The notes under the pieces: generated by a model
What the model was told of the DNA's origin: nothing
The model's input: only the letters and a program-made list of their open reading frames with translations
Database searches by the model: none
Source: an uncultured virus (IMG/VR IMGVR_UViG_2541047320_000011)
Taxonomy: Duplodnaviria > Heunggongvirae > Uroviricota > Caudoviricetes
DNA length: 20,000 nucleotides
Direction: 5' to 3' (one strand)
IMG/VR virus record: IMGVR_UViG_2541047320_000011
Span: 115,823 to 135,822 of that record
In this document: piece after piece, positions 7,970 to 15,112 of the stretch
Layout: every line of letters starts with the position of its first letter
Numbering within the stretch: position 1 is the first letter of the stretch
Program-made: the position numbers and the translations under genes

Positions 7970-7991
7970 AATTTTTACAAAGCCTTAGAAT
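7970..7991 (-). repeat. Right inverted repeat flanking the integrase (AATTTTTACAAAGCCTTAGAAT)
   Basis: Pairs with 6530-6551. Confidence 0.8.
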
Positions 7992-8047
7992 GGCATATAG
8001 AGCGTCAGATTTTAGAAGATATTAAAATTTTATATTTCCAATATTTA

Positions 8048-8056
8048 TGATATAAT
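8048..8056 (+). promoter_or_regulatory. Extended -10 (TGATATAAT) of the type I toxin mRNA
   Basis: Upstream of a structured 5' UTR. Confidence 0.6.
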
Positions 8057-8146
8057 AAACATAGCAAGGAATAAATATTTGAAAAAAGCTGTGAGTGGTG
8101 TTTCCATAGAAATTTCCTCACTTTCTTATGAAAGGAGGTGAAAACT

Positions 8147-8281
8147 ATGGAAAATCTAATGATGAGTATTATAGCTGGTGTTATAGCTAGTTATATCTAC
8201 GATAAATTAAAATGCCACTCTGAGCGACCAACTAAGAGTGGCTGGGAACTTAATATTAAGTTCCATAAAAACAAACATTAA
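8147..8281 (+). CDS. Type I toxin-antitoxin toxin, 44 aa (MENLMMSIIAGVIASYIYDKLKCHSERPTKSGWELNIKFHKNKH)
   Basis: Manual translation (absent from ORF track); SD AAAGGAGGTG; hydrophobic N-terminus and basic KSGWE..IKFHK tail resemble C. difficile type I toxins. Confidence 0.85.
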   Translation: MENLMMSIIAGVIASYIYDKLKCHSERPTKSGWELNIKFHKNKH

Positions 8282-8333
8282 TAACTAATTAATGGAAACA
8301 TCACTCAAAGTTAAGTAAAATATGTTTCCTTGC
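8210..8333 (-). ncRNA. Putative antisense antitoxin RNA (ends approximate)
   Basis: Minus-strand TGGTATAAT at 8346-8338; hairpins GGAACTTAATATTAAGTTCC (8245-8264) and GCCACTC...GAGTGGC (8214-8242) as candidate terminators. Confidence 0.65.
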
Positions 8334-8486
8334 TTTTATTATACCACAAATTAAGAATATTAAAACAAAATTTTGTAAATACATACTTAATTATCAATTT
8401 AATCATTTGGAAAAAATTGGATTTGATTGTATGAAATTATTGCTGTAATATTTAAATTAAATAAACAAATGATGGGAGAGATAATT

Positions 8487-8864
8487 ATGTATTTAAGAAA
8501 ATTATCAAAGTCAGAATTAATTGTAATGAAATTTATATGGAATTTAGATACAAAAGTAAAATCATATCAAATCATTAATTATATGAAAGAAAAATATAGT
8601 TGGTCAGAAAAAACAACATTAAAAACTTTATCTAAGTTATCAAATAAAAGGTTCATATATGTTCAAGAAACAAGTCAATGTACATACTATACAATTTCAA
8701 TTAAAGAAGATAAGTATCATGAATTTATATCACAAAAAATACATAAGCTCTTAGGGTGCAATTCTATAAAAAGCCTTTTAGCATCATTGTTTCAAGAAGA
8801 ATTAACAGATGAAAAAATAACTTCATTGGAAGAATGGGTAAAAAACTGGGAAGAAGAGGAATAA
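8487..8864 (+). CDS. BlaI/MecI/CopY-family transcriptional repressor
   Basis: LSKSELIVMKFIW...WSEKTTLKTLSKLSNKRFI; SD GGGAGAG favours ATG 8487. Confidence 0.88.
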   Translation: MYLRKLSKSELIVMKFIWNLDTKVKSYQIINYMKEKYSWSEKTTLKTLSKLSNKRFIYVQETSQCTYYTISIKEDKYHEFISQKIHKLLGCNSIKSLLASLFQEELTDEKITSLEEWVKNWEEEE

Positions 8865-8954
8865 AGATAATATATACTATTCCTTAAAAATCTATTTAAA
8901 GAATAATTGAAATTTTGATTTTAATATAATTTCTTTAATCAACTCTAACATACA

Positions 8955-8996
8955 AAAATAAGACTCTTTTCAATATTAACTAAAGAGCCTTATTTT
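8955..8996. terminator. Terminator between the convergent BlaI-like and cwp genes (possibly bidirectional)
   Basis: AAAATAAGACTCTTT...AAAGAGCCTTATTTT inverted repeat with A/T runs on both sides. Confidence 0.7.
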
Positions 8997-9004
8997 ATAA
9001 TTGA

Positions 9005-10267
9005 TTATATTTTAGTTAACTTTTGTGTATCAAAACTATACTCATATACTTCTAATGTTTCAGAATTTACAATTAGAGTTCCTACTGTTTTAATGCTATC
9101 TTCTTTATCAGTATAAGTATCAGAACCATCAGTGCTAGATTCATCTTGTTTAACATTTTTAACACTGATTATTTCAAACTCATAGTGTGGAAAATCTATA
9201 TTTTCAGCTTTTTTATATCTTGAGTTACCATAATTATATGTATAACAATATTCATGTGCTTTTGAACCTTTTGCTTTATATATAGCATCTAAAGCTTTTG
9301 AGATGTCACTTCTTTTAGTATTACCAGTTAACATATAATCTGGAGTTAAGCATTGGTCTAAAATTTCATTTTTTATATCACCTATTATTATTGGGAAATT
9401 AGCACTAGTAACTAATGATTTGTCATTAGTTTCATTTACTAAAAATACAGGATATTCTTTGTGTATTGTAGAAGATAATAGTGCATCTATTAAATTATCA
9501 GAACTTACAATACATATTTGATTTGGATGTTTTAATTCATCTTTATAAAAATGCTTAATTATTTTTTCATTAGTGTCAAGTCTATCAACACCACCAATTC
9601 TAGTTGCTTTTGTACTGTTCACTAAAGAGTCGTTTATTGATGCTGTTCCTCCAATAGCATATGTTTTTACCCCATCTGTTTTAAATGGTATATTCTTTCC
9701 ATTTGTTAATACAACTGGATTTTTATATTTAGCAGCAACTGGAGATATACTTATAGAATCAGCTTCTCCTTGATAAGCATTTGTAAAATATACTTCATCA
9801 ACCTTTTTTAGATTGCTTATTTCTTTTGCAACATTATAACTTGTGTCTATTCTGTCTCTTCCTTCTATCCTAATAACCTTTATTTTTTTGTTTTTTAGTA
9901 TATTTTCTACATTTTTGCTTATAGAATTAACTCCACCTATTAAATAGATTTTTTTAAATTTATCTAATCTTTTAAGAGTAGAATTTGGTATAGAATTTTG
10001 TTTAGTAAGTAATATTGGCGAGTTAGAAGCTCCAGCTAAACCACTAGCACTCAACCCATCTGCAAGACTTTTATCTGTGTTTATAATTATTGCTTGGGTG
10101 TATTTTCTTCTGTCTGCTATTAAACCTGCTGTTTCATACTTATTTGCTCCTTGTATTCTATGAGCTGGAGGTCTAAATTTTAGTTCTTTAGCTGAAACTA
10201 ATAATGTGCTAGACATGACAATAGAAGATATTATAGCTAAGGTTAATGCTTTTCTTTTGAATTTCAT
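9005..10267 (-). CDS. Secreted cell wall protein with three cell-wall-binding-2 (CWB2) repeats and a unique C-terminal domain
   Basis: Signal peptide MKFKRKALTLAII...; RIQGANKYET, RIEGRDRIDT, RIGGVDRLDT; PILL-like motifs SPILLT, NPVVLT, YPVFLV; SD GGAGG favours ATG 10267. Confidence 0.92.
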   Translation of the reverse strand: MKFKRKALTLAIISSIVMSSTLLVSAKELKFRPPAHRIQGANKYETAGLIADRRKYTQAIIINTDKSLADGLSASGLAGASNSPILLTKQNSIPNSTLKRLDKFKKIYLIGGVNSISKNVENILKNKKIKVIRIEGRDRIDTSYNVAKEISNLKKVDEVYFTNAYQGEADSISISPVAAKYKNPVVLTNGKNIPFKTDGVKTYAIGGTASINDSLVNSTKATRIGGVDRLDTNEKIIKHFYKDELKHPNQICIVSSDNLIDALLSSTIHKEYPVFLVNETNDKSLVTSANFPIIIGDIKNEILDQCLTPDYMLTGNTKRSDISKALDAIYKAKGSKAHEYCYTYNYGNSRYKKAENIDFPHYEFEIISVKNVKQDESSTDGSDTYTDKEDSIKTVGTLIVNSETLEVYEYSFDTQKLTKI

Positions 10268-10300
10268 ATTGTAAAATCCTCCCATCCTTTTATACTATGA

Positions 10301-10329
10301 ATGATAGTGTATATTATTTTAGTTGTCAA
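10301..10329 (-). promoter_or_regulatory. Sigma-A promoter of the cwp gene
   Basis: Minus strand TTGACA (10329-10324), 17-nt spacer, TATCAT (10306-10301). Confidence 0.75.
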
Positions 10330-10421
10330 CTCTCTATGTATATTTTCTTATATATATAAGAATAAATTGTATTAATTATATCGTTACGAAAACTTTTTGT
10401 ATATAATAAAAGTTCACTTCT

Positions 10422-10742
10422 TTATTTATTCTTATAACAATCCTCTAAAGAACTAATTAAGCTTTCTATAGAATTAGAATGTACTTCTTCTAAAAATCTC
10501 TTTGTTTCAAATATTTTATATTCTTCTTTTGTAATAAGTATTGTATAATGTGTAATTCTTTTTATCCTCTCAGAATCTAAAAAACGTTTAATAGTGAGTC
10601 TTGAAAGAAGAGTTAGTGTAGTTGTCGCCTTCCAGTTATATTCTGATTCCATAGCTTCCATAACTTCTTTTGATGTTACTATATCATTCTTATTCCATAT
10701 GAATTTCATAACTTTTAATTCAGCTTGTGGTATTTTTTGCAT
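10422..10742 (-). CDS. BlaI/MecI/CopY-family transcriptional repressor
   Basis: IPQAELKVMKFIW...WKATTTLTLLSRLTIKRFL; start codon uncertain. Confidence 0.88.
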   Translation of the reverse strand: MQKIPQAELKVMKFIWNKNDIVTSKEVMEAMESEYNWKATTTLTLLSRLTIKRFLDSERIKRITHYTILITKEEYKIFETKRFLEEVHSNSIESLISSLEDCYKNK

Positions 10743-10836
10743 GGATATGTACATTCCTTTCTGCAATTAAAATATCAACATATATAGACGTTAAAATAAT
10801 AAAATATATGTTATAAGTATATATTAACATAAAGTA

Positions 10837-10870
10837 AAAGAAGATGTCTCAATCTTAAGACATCTTCTTT
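10837..10870 (-). terminator. Intrinsic terminator after the XRE gene
   Basis: 13-bp IR AAAGAAGATGTCT/AGACATCTTCTTT. Confidence 0.7.
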
Positions 10871-10879
10871 ATTAAATTT

Positions 10880-11239
10880 TTATTCTTCAAATTTTCGATA
10901 CTCAATTATTTCTTTTATCAATCTAATTATCGCTTTTTGTTCTTTTACTGTTAAACTATCAATTAACTCATAGGCTTCAGACGAAAGAGTTTCAACATCA
11001 TTTTCATTCTGTATAATATTTTCAAATAAAACTTCTAAAGGTATCTCTAATGCATTTGCAATTTTAAAAATTGAACGAAGTGATGCTTTACTTTCACCTC
11101 TTTCAATTTGACCAATATAAGAAGGAAACAAACCAGCCTTCTTTGCTAATGTATTTTGATTATACCCTGCTTTTCTTCTATAATTTCTTATTCTTTTACC
11201 AATTACATTATATATTTCATCTTCTAACATTTTTATCAT
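10880..11239 (-). CDS. XRE-family HTH transcriptional regulator
   Basis: IGKRIRNYRRKAGYNQNTLAKKAGLFPSYIGQIERGESKASLRSIFKIANAL. Confidence 0.92.
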   Translation of the reverse strand: MIKMLEDEIYNVIGKRIRNYRRKAGYNQNTLAKKAGLFPSYIGQIERGESKASLRSIFKIANALEIPLEVLFENIIQNENDVETLSSEAYELIDSLTVKEQKAIIRLIKEIIEYRKFEE

Positions 11240-11374
11240 TCCTTATTAGATTATATTAGTTTATTTATCTTAATGATATGTTATACATGTCAAAAATATA
11301 CTTATATAACATGTAATATTATTAAATATATATTATATAAGTATGTATATATTTAATAAGAAGCTATTGTAGAC

Positions 11375-11430
11375 AAAAAAAATAAAGCCCTTTAAAGAAA
11401 ACTCATTTAAGAGTAATCCTTAAAGGGCTT
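11375..11430 (-). terminator. Long-stem terminator ending the minus-strand recombinase transcript
   Basis: AAGCCCTTTAA...ACTC..GAGT...TTAAAGGGCTT with an A-run on the + strand. Confidence 0.75.
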
Positions 11431-11439
11431 ATTATTTAT

Positions 11440-11481
11440 CTATCTCTTTTTCTTACCTTTTTTACGACTTTTACATGCCAT
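11440..11481 (-). CDS. 13-aa highly basic micro-peptide MACKSRKKGKKKR
   Basis: Manual translation; SD-like AGAAAGGAAGTG just upstream; lies between recombinase stop and terminator. Confidence 0.55.
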   Translation of the reverse strand: MACKSRKKGKKKR

Positions 11482-11511
11482 GATATCACTTCCTTTCTAC
11501 TTTATATCTAT

Positions 11512-12459
11512 TTATAAACCTATCATATCTTTAGACTTAGAAATTTTGCCTTTGTCTTCTTTTATATAAATCTTAGTTGTATCAGTGGATTCGTGATTGA
11601 GGATAGTTGATATATCTTCAAGTGGTAAATTATTCGCTTTAGCTATAGTTGCAAAACTTCTTCTTAATGAATGGGGAGCTAAGTTATCTATATCTATTAA
11701 TTTACCAGCTTTCTTAGCCCAACTTCTTAATACATTAGATGTAGCCTTATGATATTCTTTATCATATTTAACTAAGAAAACATAATCATTTACTATATCT
11801 TCTTTTTTTCTAACTTCTTTAAGTTTTAGTAATAAATCTTTTACTTTCTCACTAAAATAAAAATCTACTATTTTCCCACCTTTTTCTTTAATATTTTCAC
11901 ATACTCTATTATCAAAGTCTATATTATCCCATCTTAAATTACTTGTGGCTGTAACTCTACCAGCAGTTGATAGAGCAAAATTTATATAAACCTCTAATTG
12001 TAAATCATCTCGTTTTGATAACTTATCTTGTAGCTCTTTAGCCTGTTCTATATTCAAGAAATGTTTTTCCACAACAGGTAAACCCTTTTTAGGTCTTTCG
12101 ATTAGAGATACTGGATTCTCTGTAACAATTCTCTTCCTTCTAAGATGGTCATATAGAGATGAAATGCCTGAAAATATTACTTTTATTCTATTAACATGAT
12201 TGTCCTCCATCCTAAATGAAATATATTCCATTATATCGTCTTCAGTACAATCTTCGATTAATAAATCCTCCATTTCATCATGCAGATATTTAGCCCAAGT
12301 ATATAAGTCACATTTATATACATATATAGTTTTTTCACTTAAACCAGCTATTTTCTTAGCTTGAAGAAATCCTTTAATTAACTTTTCATTATTTTTATTT
12401 ATGTTGCCTTCTATCTTAATTCTTTTACTTCTTTTTTCAAATGTTGCCAAATACTTCAC
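11512..12459 (-). CDS. XerC/D-like tyrosine recombinase (no arm-binding domain)
   Basis: GRVTA, EKGGK, HSLRRS, LNHES, IYIK catalytic residues; start may be TTG 12450. Confidence 0.92.
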   Translation of the reverse strand: MKYLATFEKRSKRIKIEGNINKNNEKLIKGFLQAKKIAGLSEKTIYVYKCDLYTWAKYLHDEMEDLLIEDCTEDDIMEYISFRMEDNHVNRIKVIFSGISSLYDHLRRKRIVTENPVSLIERPKKGLPVVEKHFLNIEQAKELQDKLSKRDDLQLEVYINFALSTAGRVTATSNLRWDNIDFDNRVCENIKEKGGKIVDFYFSEKVKDLLLKLKEVRKKEDIVNDYVFLVKYDKEYHKATSNVLRSWAKKAGKLIDIDNLAPHSLRRSFATIAKANNLPLEDISTILNHESTDTTKIYIKEDKGKISKSKDMIGL

Positions 12460-12467
12460 TTCCTTAT

Positions 12468-12498
12468 AAAAAAGACTAGAGAAATTAATCTCTAGTCT
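12468..12498 (-). terminator. Terminator-like hairpin at the end of the lysis cassette
   Basis: AGACTAGAGA-AATTAA-TCTCTAGTCT with a minus-strand T-run. Confidence 0.65.
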
Positions 12499-12796
12499 CT
12501 AATTTATCTTTAATTTTTGTTATGTCTGTTTCAACTCTTTCAAGTCTGCTGTTATTAGTATTTAATGCTTCAGCAAATTTATCTAATTTATCATCAAACT
12601 TATCTATTGTATTACCAAATAAAGTTCTCTGCTCTTTAATTTCTCTTGAAAAATAAGCTCTTTCTTTTTTTCTATCATCTTGTTCTAGTTGTCTATTCTT
12701 TTCTAAATATTTTCCAAGCCATAACATCAATACCATTAAAAGTATGGCTGTATACCCATACTGACTTAATAATTCAACCATTTCTTTAGATAACAT
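12485..12796 (-). CDS. Holin-like protein (single N-terminal TM plus coiled coil, BhlA/UviB-like)
   Basis: LLSQYGYTAILLMVLMLWLG then a charged coiled coil; located in the lysis cassette. Confidence 0.65.
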   Translation of the reverse strand: MLSKEMVELLSQYGYTAILLMVLMLWLGKYLEKNRQLEQDDRKKERAYFSREIKEQRTLFGNTIDKFDDKLDKFAEALNTNNSRLERVETDITKIKDKLETRD

Positions 12797-13048
12797 CTAC
12801 TTTTCCTTTCTGTTCTGTACTTGTATTTGATTTATCCCTATAGATGCTCCCCAACACAAAATACCTTCAAAGACAGCTTCTATTGACAGCTCTTTCATAA
12901 ACAAACAACTGCTTATCATTGCTATAACTAACAAGATAAAAGGTATGTATTTATTTTTAATATTAGATTCTTTTATAAATGTTCCTAATATGTAAAGCCC
13001 ACCTATTAACATTATTAAATTTTCAGGTATAAATTGCATTATATCCAT
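12797..13048 (-). CDS. Phage holin
   Basis: 83 aa, hydrophobic helices, IKNKYIPFILL and GINQ motifs; adjacent to endolysins. Confidence 0.85.
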   Translation of the reverse strand: MDIMQFIPENLIMLIGGLYILGTFIKESNIKNKYIPFILLVIAMISSCLFMKELSIEAVFEGILCWGASIGINQIQVQNRKEK

Positions 13049-13059
13049 GTGATTTCCTC

Positions 13060-13677
13060 CTATCCAAGAATCTCATTTAATTCTTTTACTTTAGTTTTTA
13101 TTTGCTCTAATTTTACATCATTGTTTTCTACCTTCATTGAACTTATCTTATTACATATATTTATTATGCTTTTGCCATAATTCATATCTGGACACCATTT
13201 GCCTGATAAACTTTCTACTGTTTTAGCTTCTCCATGTAAATATGGAAAATGTCTAGGGTCTAATGTAGTTCCATTTACTTTATATTCAACTTTACCAACT
13301 AATTCACTATATTTTGGATATCCCTTAGCTCCAGCATATAATGCTAGATGGTCAATAAATGCTGATACTCCATCCTCCCAACAATTAAATCTTGTATGAG
13401 CTGTTGGGTCTAAATCTCCTCCACCTTTATTTCCTTTAAGACCACACATATTGCAATAAGAAGGATTTAAAACTCTACCAAAATTAAAATATCCAGTTTC
13501 TACAAATGCTTGAGCAATTGCAATAACTGGATTTACACCTTTTTTCTCTGCTTCTTTATATATAATTGGTACTATAGCTCCGCATAAAAAATGTGGTGGA
13601 TTAGAGTTATTTTTTAATGTATCTAAATACGAAAAGACTTGTTCTAGTGTAGCTGTTGATTTATCTAATATATTCAA
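13060..13677 (-). CDS. Glucosaminidase (GH73-like) endolysin
   Basis: GVNPVIAIAQAFVETG, NMCGLK, LSGKWCPDMNYG. Confidence 0.85.
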   Translation of the reverse strand: MNILDKSTATLEQVFSYLDTLKNNSNPPHFLCGAIVPIIYKEAEKKGVNPVIAIAQAFVETGYFNFGRVLNPSYCNMCGLKGNKGGGDLDPTAHTRFNCWEDGVSAFIDHLALYAGAKGYPKYSELVGKVEYKVNGTTLDPRHFPYLHGEAKTVESLSGKWCPDMNYGKSIINICNKISSMKVENNDVKLEQIKTKVKELNEILG

Positions 13678-13688
13678 TTCATTACCTC

Positions 13689-14504
13689 CTACTTGCCTAT
13701 AAAATCTAACACTTTATGAAGTGTAGCCCATCTATCATCACCTTGTAACTTAGTGAATCTCTCGCTAGTTTTAATTTTACTGGATGCTCCACCAATTACA
13801 TATAGGTTTTCACAATGTCCAGGAACATAATTTTCCAAATCACATACAGAGACTTCATTAGTCTTATAATTCATGGCCATTAATTGGGCTATAACTTTAT
13901 CTACCTCACCCTCATAAACTATTGCATATTTCACTTTGTTATCTTGTGGTTTACCAGCTACAGACTTATTAAATATTCCTTCGTAAATGTCTATGGCCAT
14001 ATCTTTAGCATTATATTTTTTAGTGTCAGATGTGTCTACAAAGCAGCACTCGACTAAAATTGACTTTGCCTTCGTTCTTCTTAAAAATGCTAGAGTTTTC
14101 TTTTCTTTAACTCCACGATTTTTAAAATCTTTATCACCTTTTGCATGATAAGTTTCAGTTATTTTTTTACATATTCTTGATGCTATTTCAACAGTTTCTT
14201 TGTCATTTAAATTATAAACTAAAACTTCTACTCCTCGACCACCACCACTGTTGAAATGGATACTTACATTTAGATCAGTATTATATGAATTACATTTAGC
14301 TATAATTTTATTCAATATATCACTTTGAGAAGTTCCATTGTTACAAGTACAGTCATAAACTTTACATTCCTTTTGAGCTAAAGGTAATAACTCTTTTAGT
14401 ACATTTCTTGCTTCTGTAGATTCCTTTATATTTCCTATTGCTCCAGAACCTATCTTATTATCTGGATTATGTCCTGCATGAATTGTTAATGTTTTTATAT
14501 TCAA
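13689..14504 (-). CDS. N-acetylmuramoyl-L-alanine amidase (Amidase_3) endolysin, CD27L-like
   Basis: HAGH, KES, SIHFN, ILVECCFVD; C-terminal AIVYEGEVDK...NLYVIGG domain; SD AAGGAG favours TTG 14504. Confidence 0.93.
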   Translation of the reverse strand: MNIKTLTIHAGHNPDNKIGSGAIGNIKESTEARNVLKELLPLAQKECKVYDCTCNNGTSQSDILNKIIAKCNSYNTDLNVSIHFNSGGGRGVEVLVYNLNDKETVEIASRICKKITETYHAKGDKDFKNRGVKEKKTLAFLRRTKAKSILVECCFVDTSDTKKYNAKDMAIDIYEGIFNKSVAGKPQDNKVKYAIVYEGEVDKVIAQLMAMNYKTNEVSVCDLENYVPGHCENLYVIGGASSKIKTSERFTKLQGDDRWATLHKVLDFIGK

Positions 14505-14581
14505 AATTACCACTCCTTTTAATTAAAAGAGAATTGAAATTAATCAATCCTCTAAAATTGACATAAAAAAACCTTTATACT

Positions 14582-14752
14582 TTAGATAATAGGTTCTACT
14601 AGTGTATCTTCTTTATTTAATAAATTTGTTAACTCTGTGTATTCACTTTCCTTTATCCTGTTCATAGCGTAAAATACATCTAACTTAGTCTGCAATTCTT
14701 CTCTAGTTTCATAATTCTTTTGTTCAATCATTCTTTTTAAAATATTATACAT
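14582..14752 (-). CDS. Small XkdX-like tail-associated protein, 56 aa (MYNILKRMIEQKNY...)
   Basis: Manual translation; SD GGAGG; KLDVFYAMNRI..SEY.EL pattern. Confidence 0.75.
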   Translation of the reverse strand: MYNILKRMIEQKNYETREELQTKLDVFYAMNRIKESEYTELTNLLNKEDTLVEPII

Positions 14753-14777
14753 GTTGTTTCCTCCATTTTTTATAGTT

Positions 14778-15098
14778 TTATAACACGTTATTTGTGTTAA
14801 GTTCTAACATAGCAATTCTATAAGCATTATCTACTAATAAACTGTCTTGTTGCTTTTGATTTTCTATTAAAATTGTAATTTTATCCGCATTTATTTCCTC
14901 TATGCTTGGTTTAGGTGGATTATTTTGTAATTCTATCCACTCATTATAAACCTGTTCTCCTGTTTTAATTAGCTCTCCGTTTTTTATCACTGGAGTAAAT
15001 ATTTTTTTACCCTCTGCAATAAAGTAATTATCTATATTATTTAAATCATTCTCAAATCCATATTCTATTAAAATTTCTATTTTCTTTTCTATATCCAT
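14778..15098 (-). CDS. Tail-fibre-associated hypothetical protein (putative chaperone)
   Basis: ORF track 14778..15146; SD GAAAGGA favours ATG 15098; C-terminal coiled coil. Confidence 0.7.
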   Translation of the reverse strand: MDIEKKIEILIEYGFENDLNNIDNYFIAEGKKIFTPVIKNGELIKTGEQVYNEWIELQNNPPKPSIEEINADKITILIENQKQQDSLLVDNAYRIAMLELNTNNVL

Positions 15099-15112
15099 CT
15101 TATTTTTCCTTT

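Noticed and set aside
10800..10816. Possible further copy of the junction motif (TAAAA-TATATG-TTATAA)
   Set aside because: Mismatch in the right arm, no stop/SD context, and better explained as part of the TATAAG dyad family
11265..11293. Sigma-A promoter for the XRE gene (TTGACA at 11293-11288)
   Set aside because: The best -10 candidate (TAAGAT) is at 15-nt spacing, not enough to call
13920..13960. Internal translation start for the endolysin C-terminal domain as in CD27L (GTG at 13934)
   Set aside because: A GTG sits at roughly the equivalent position, but there is no convincing SD upstream
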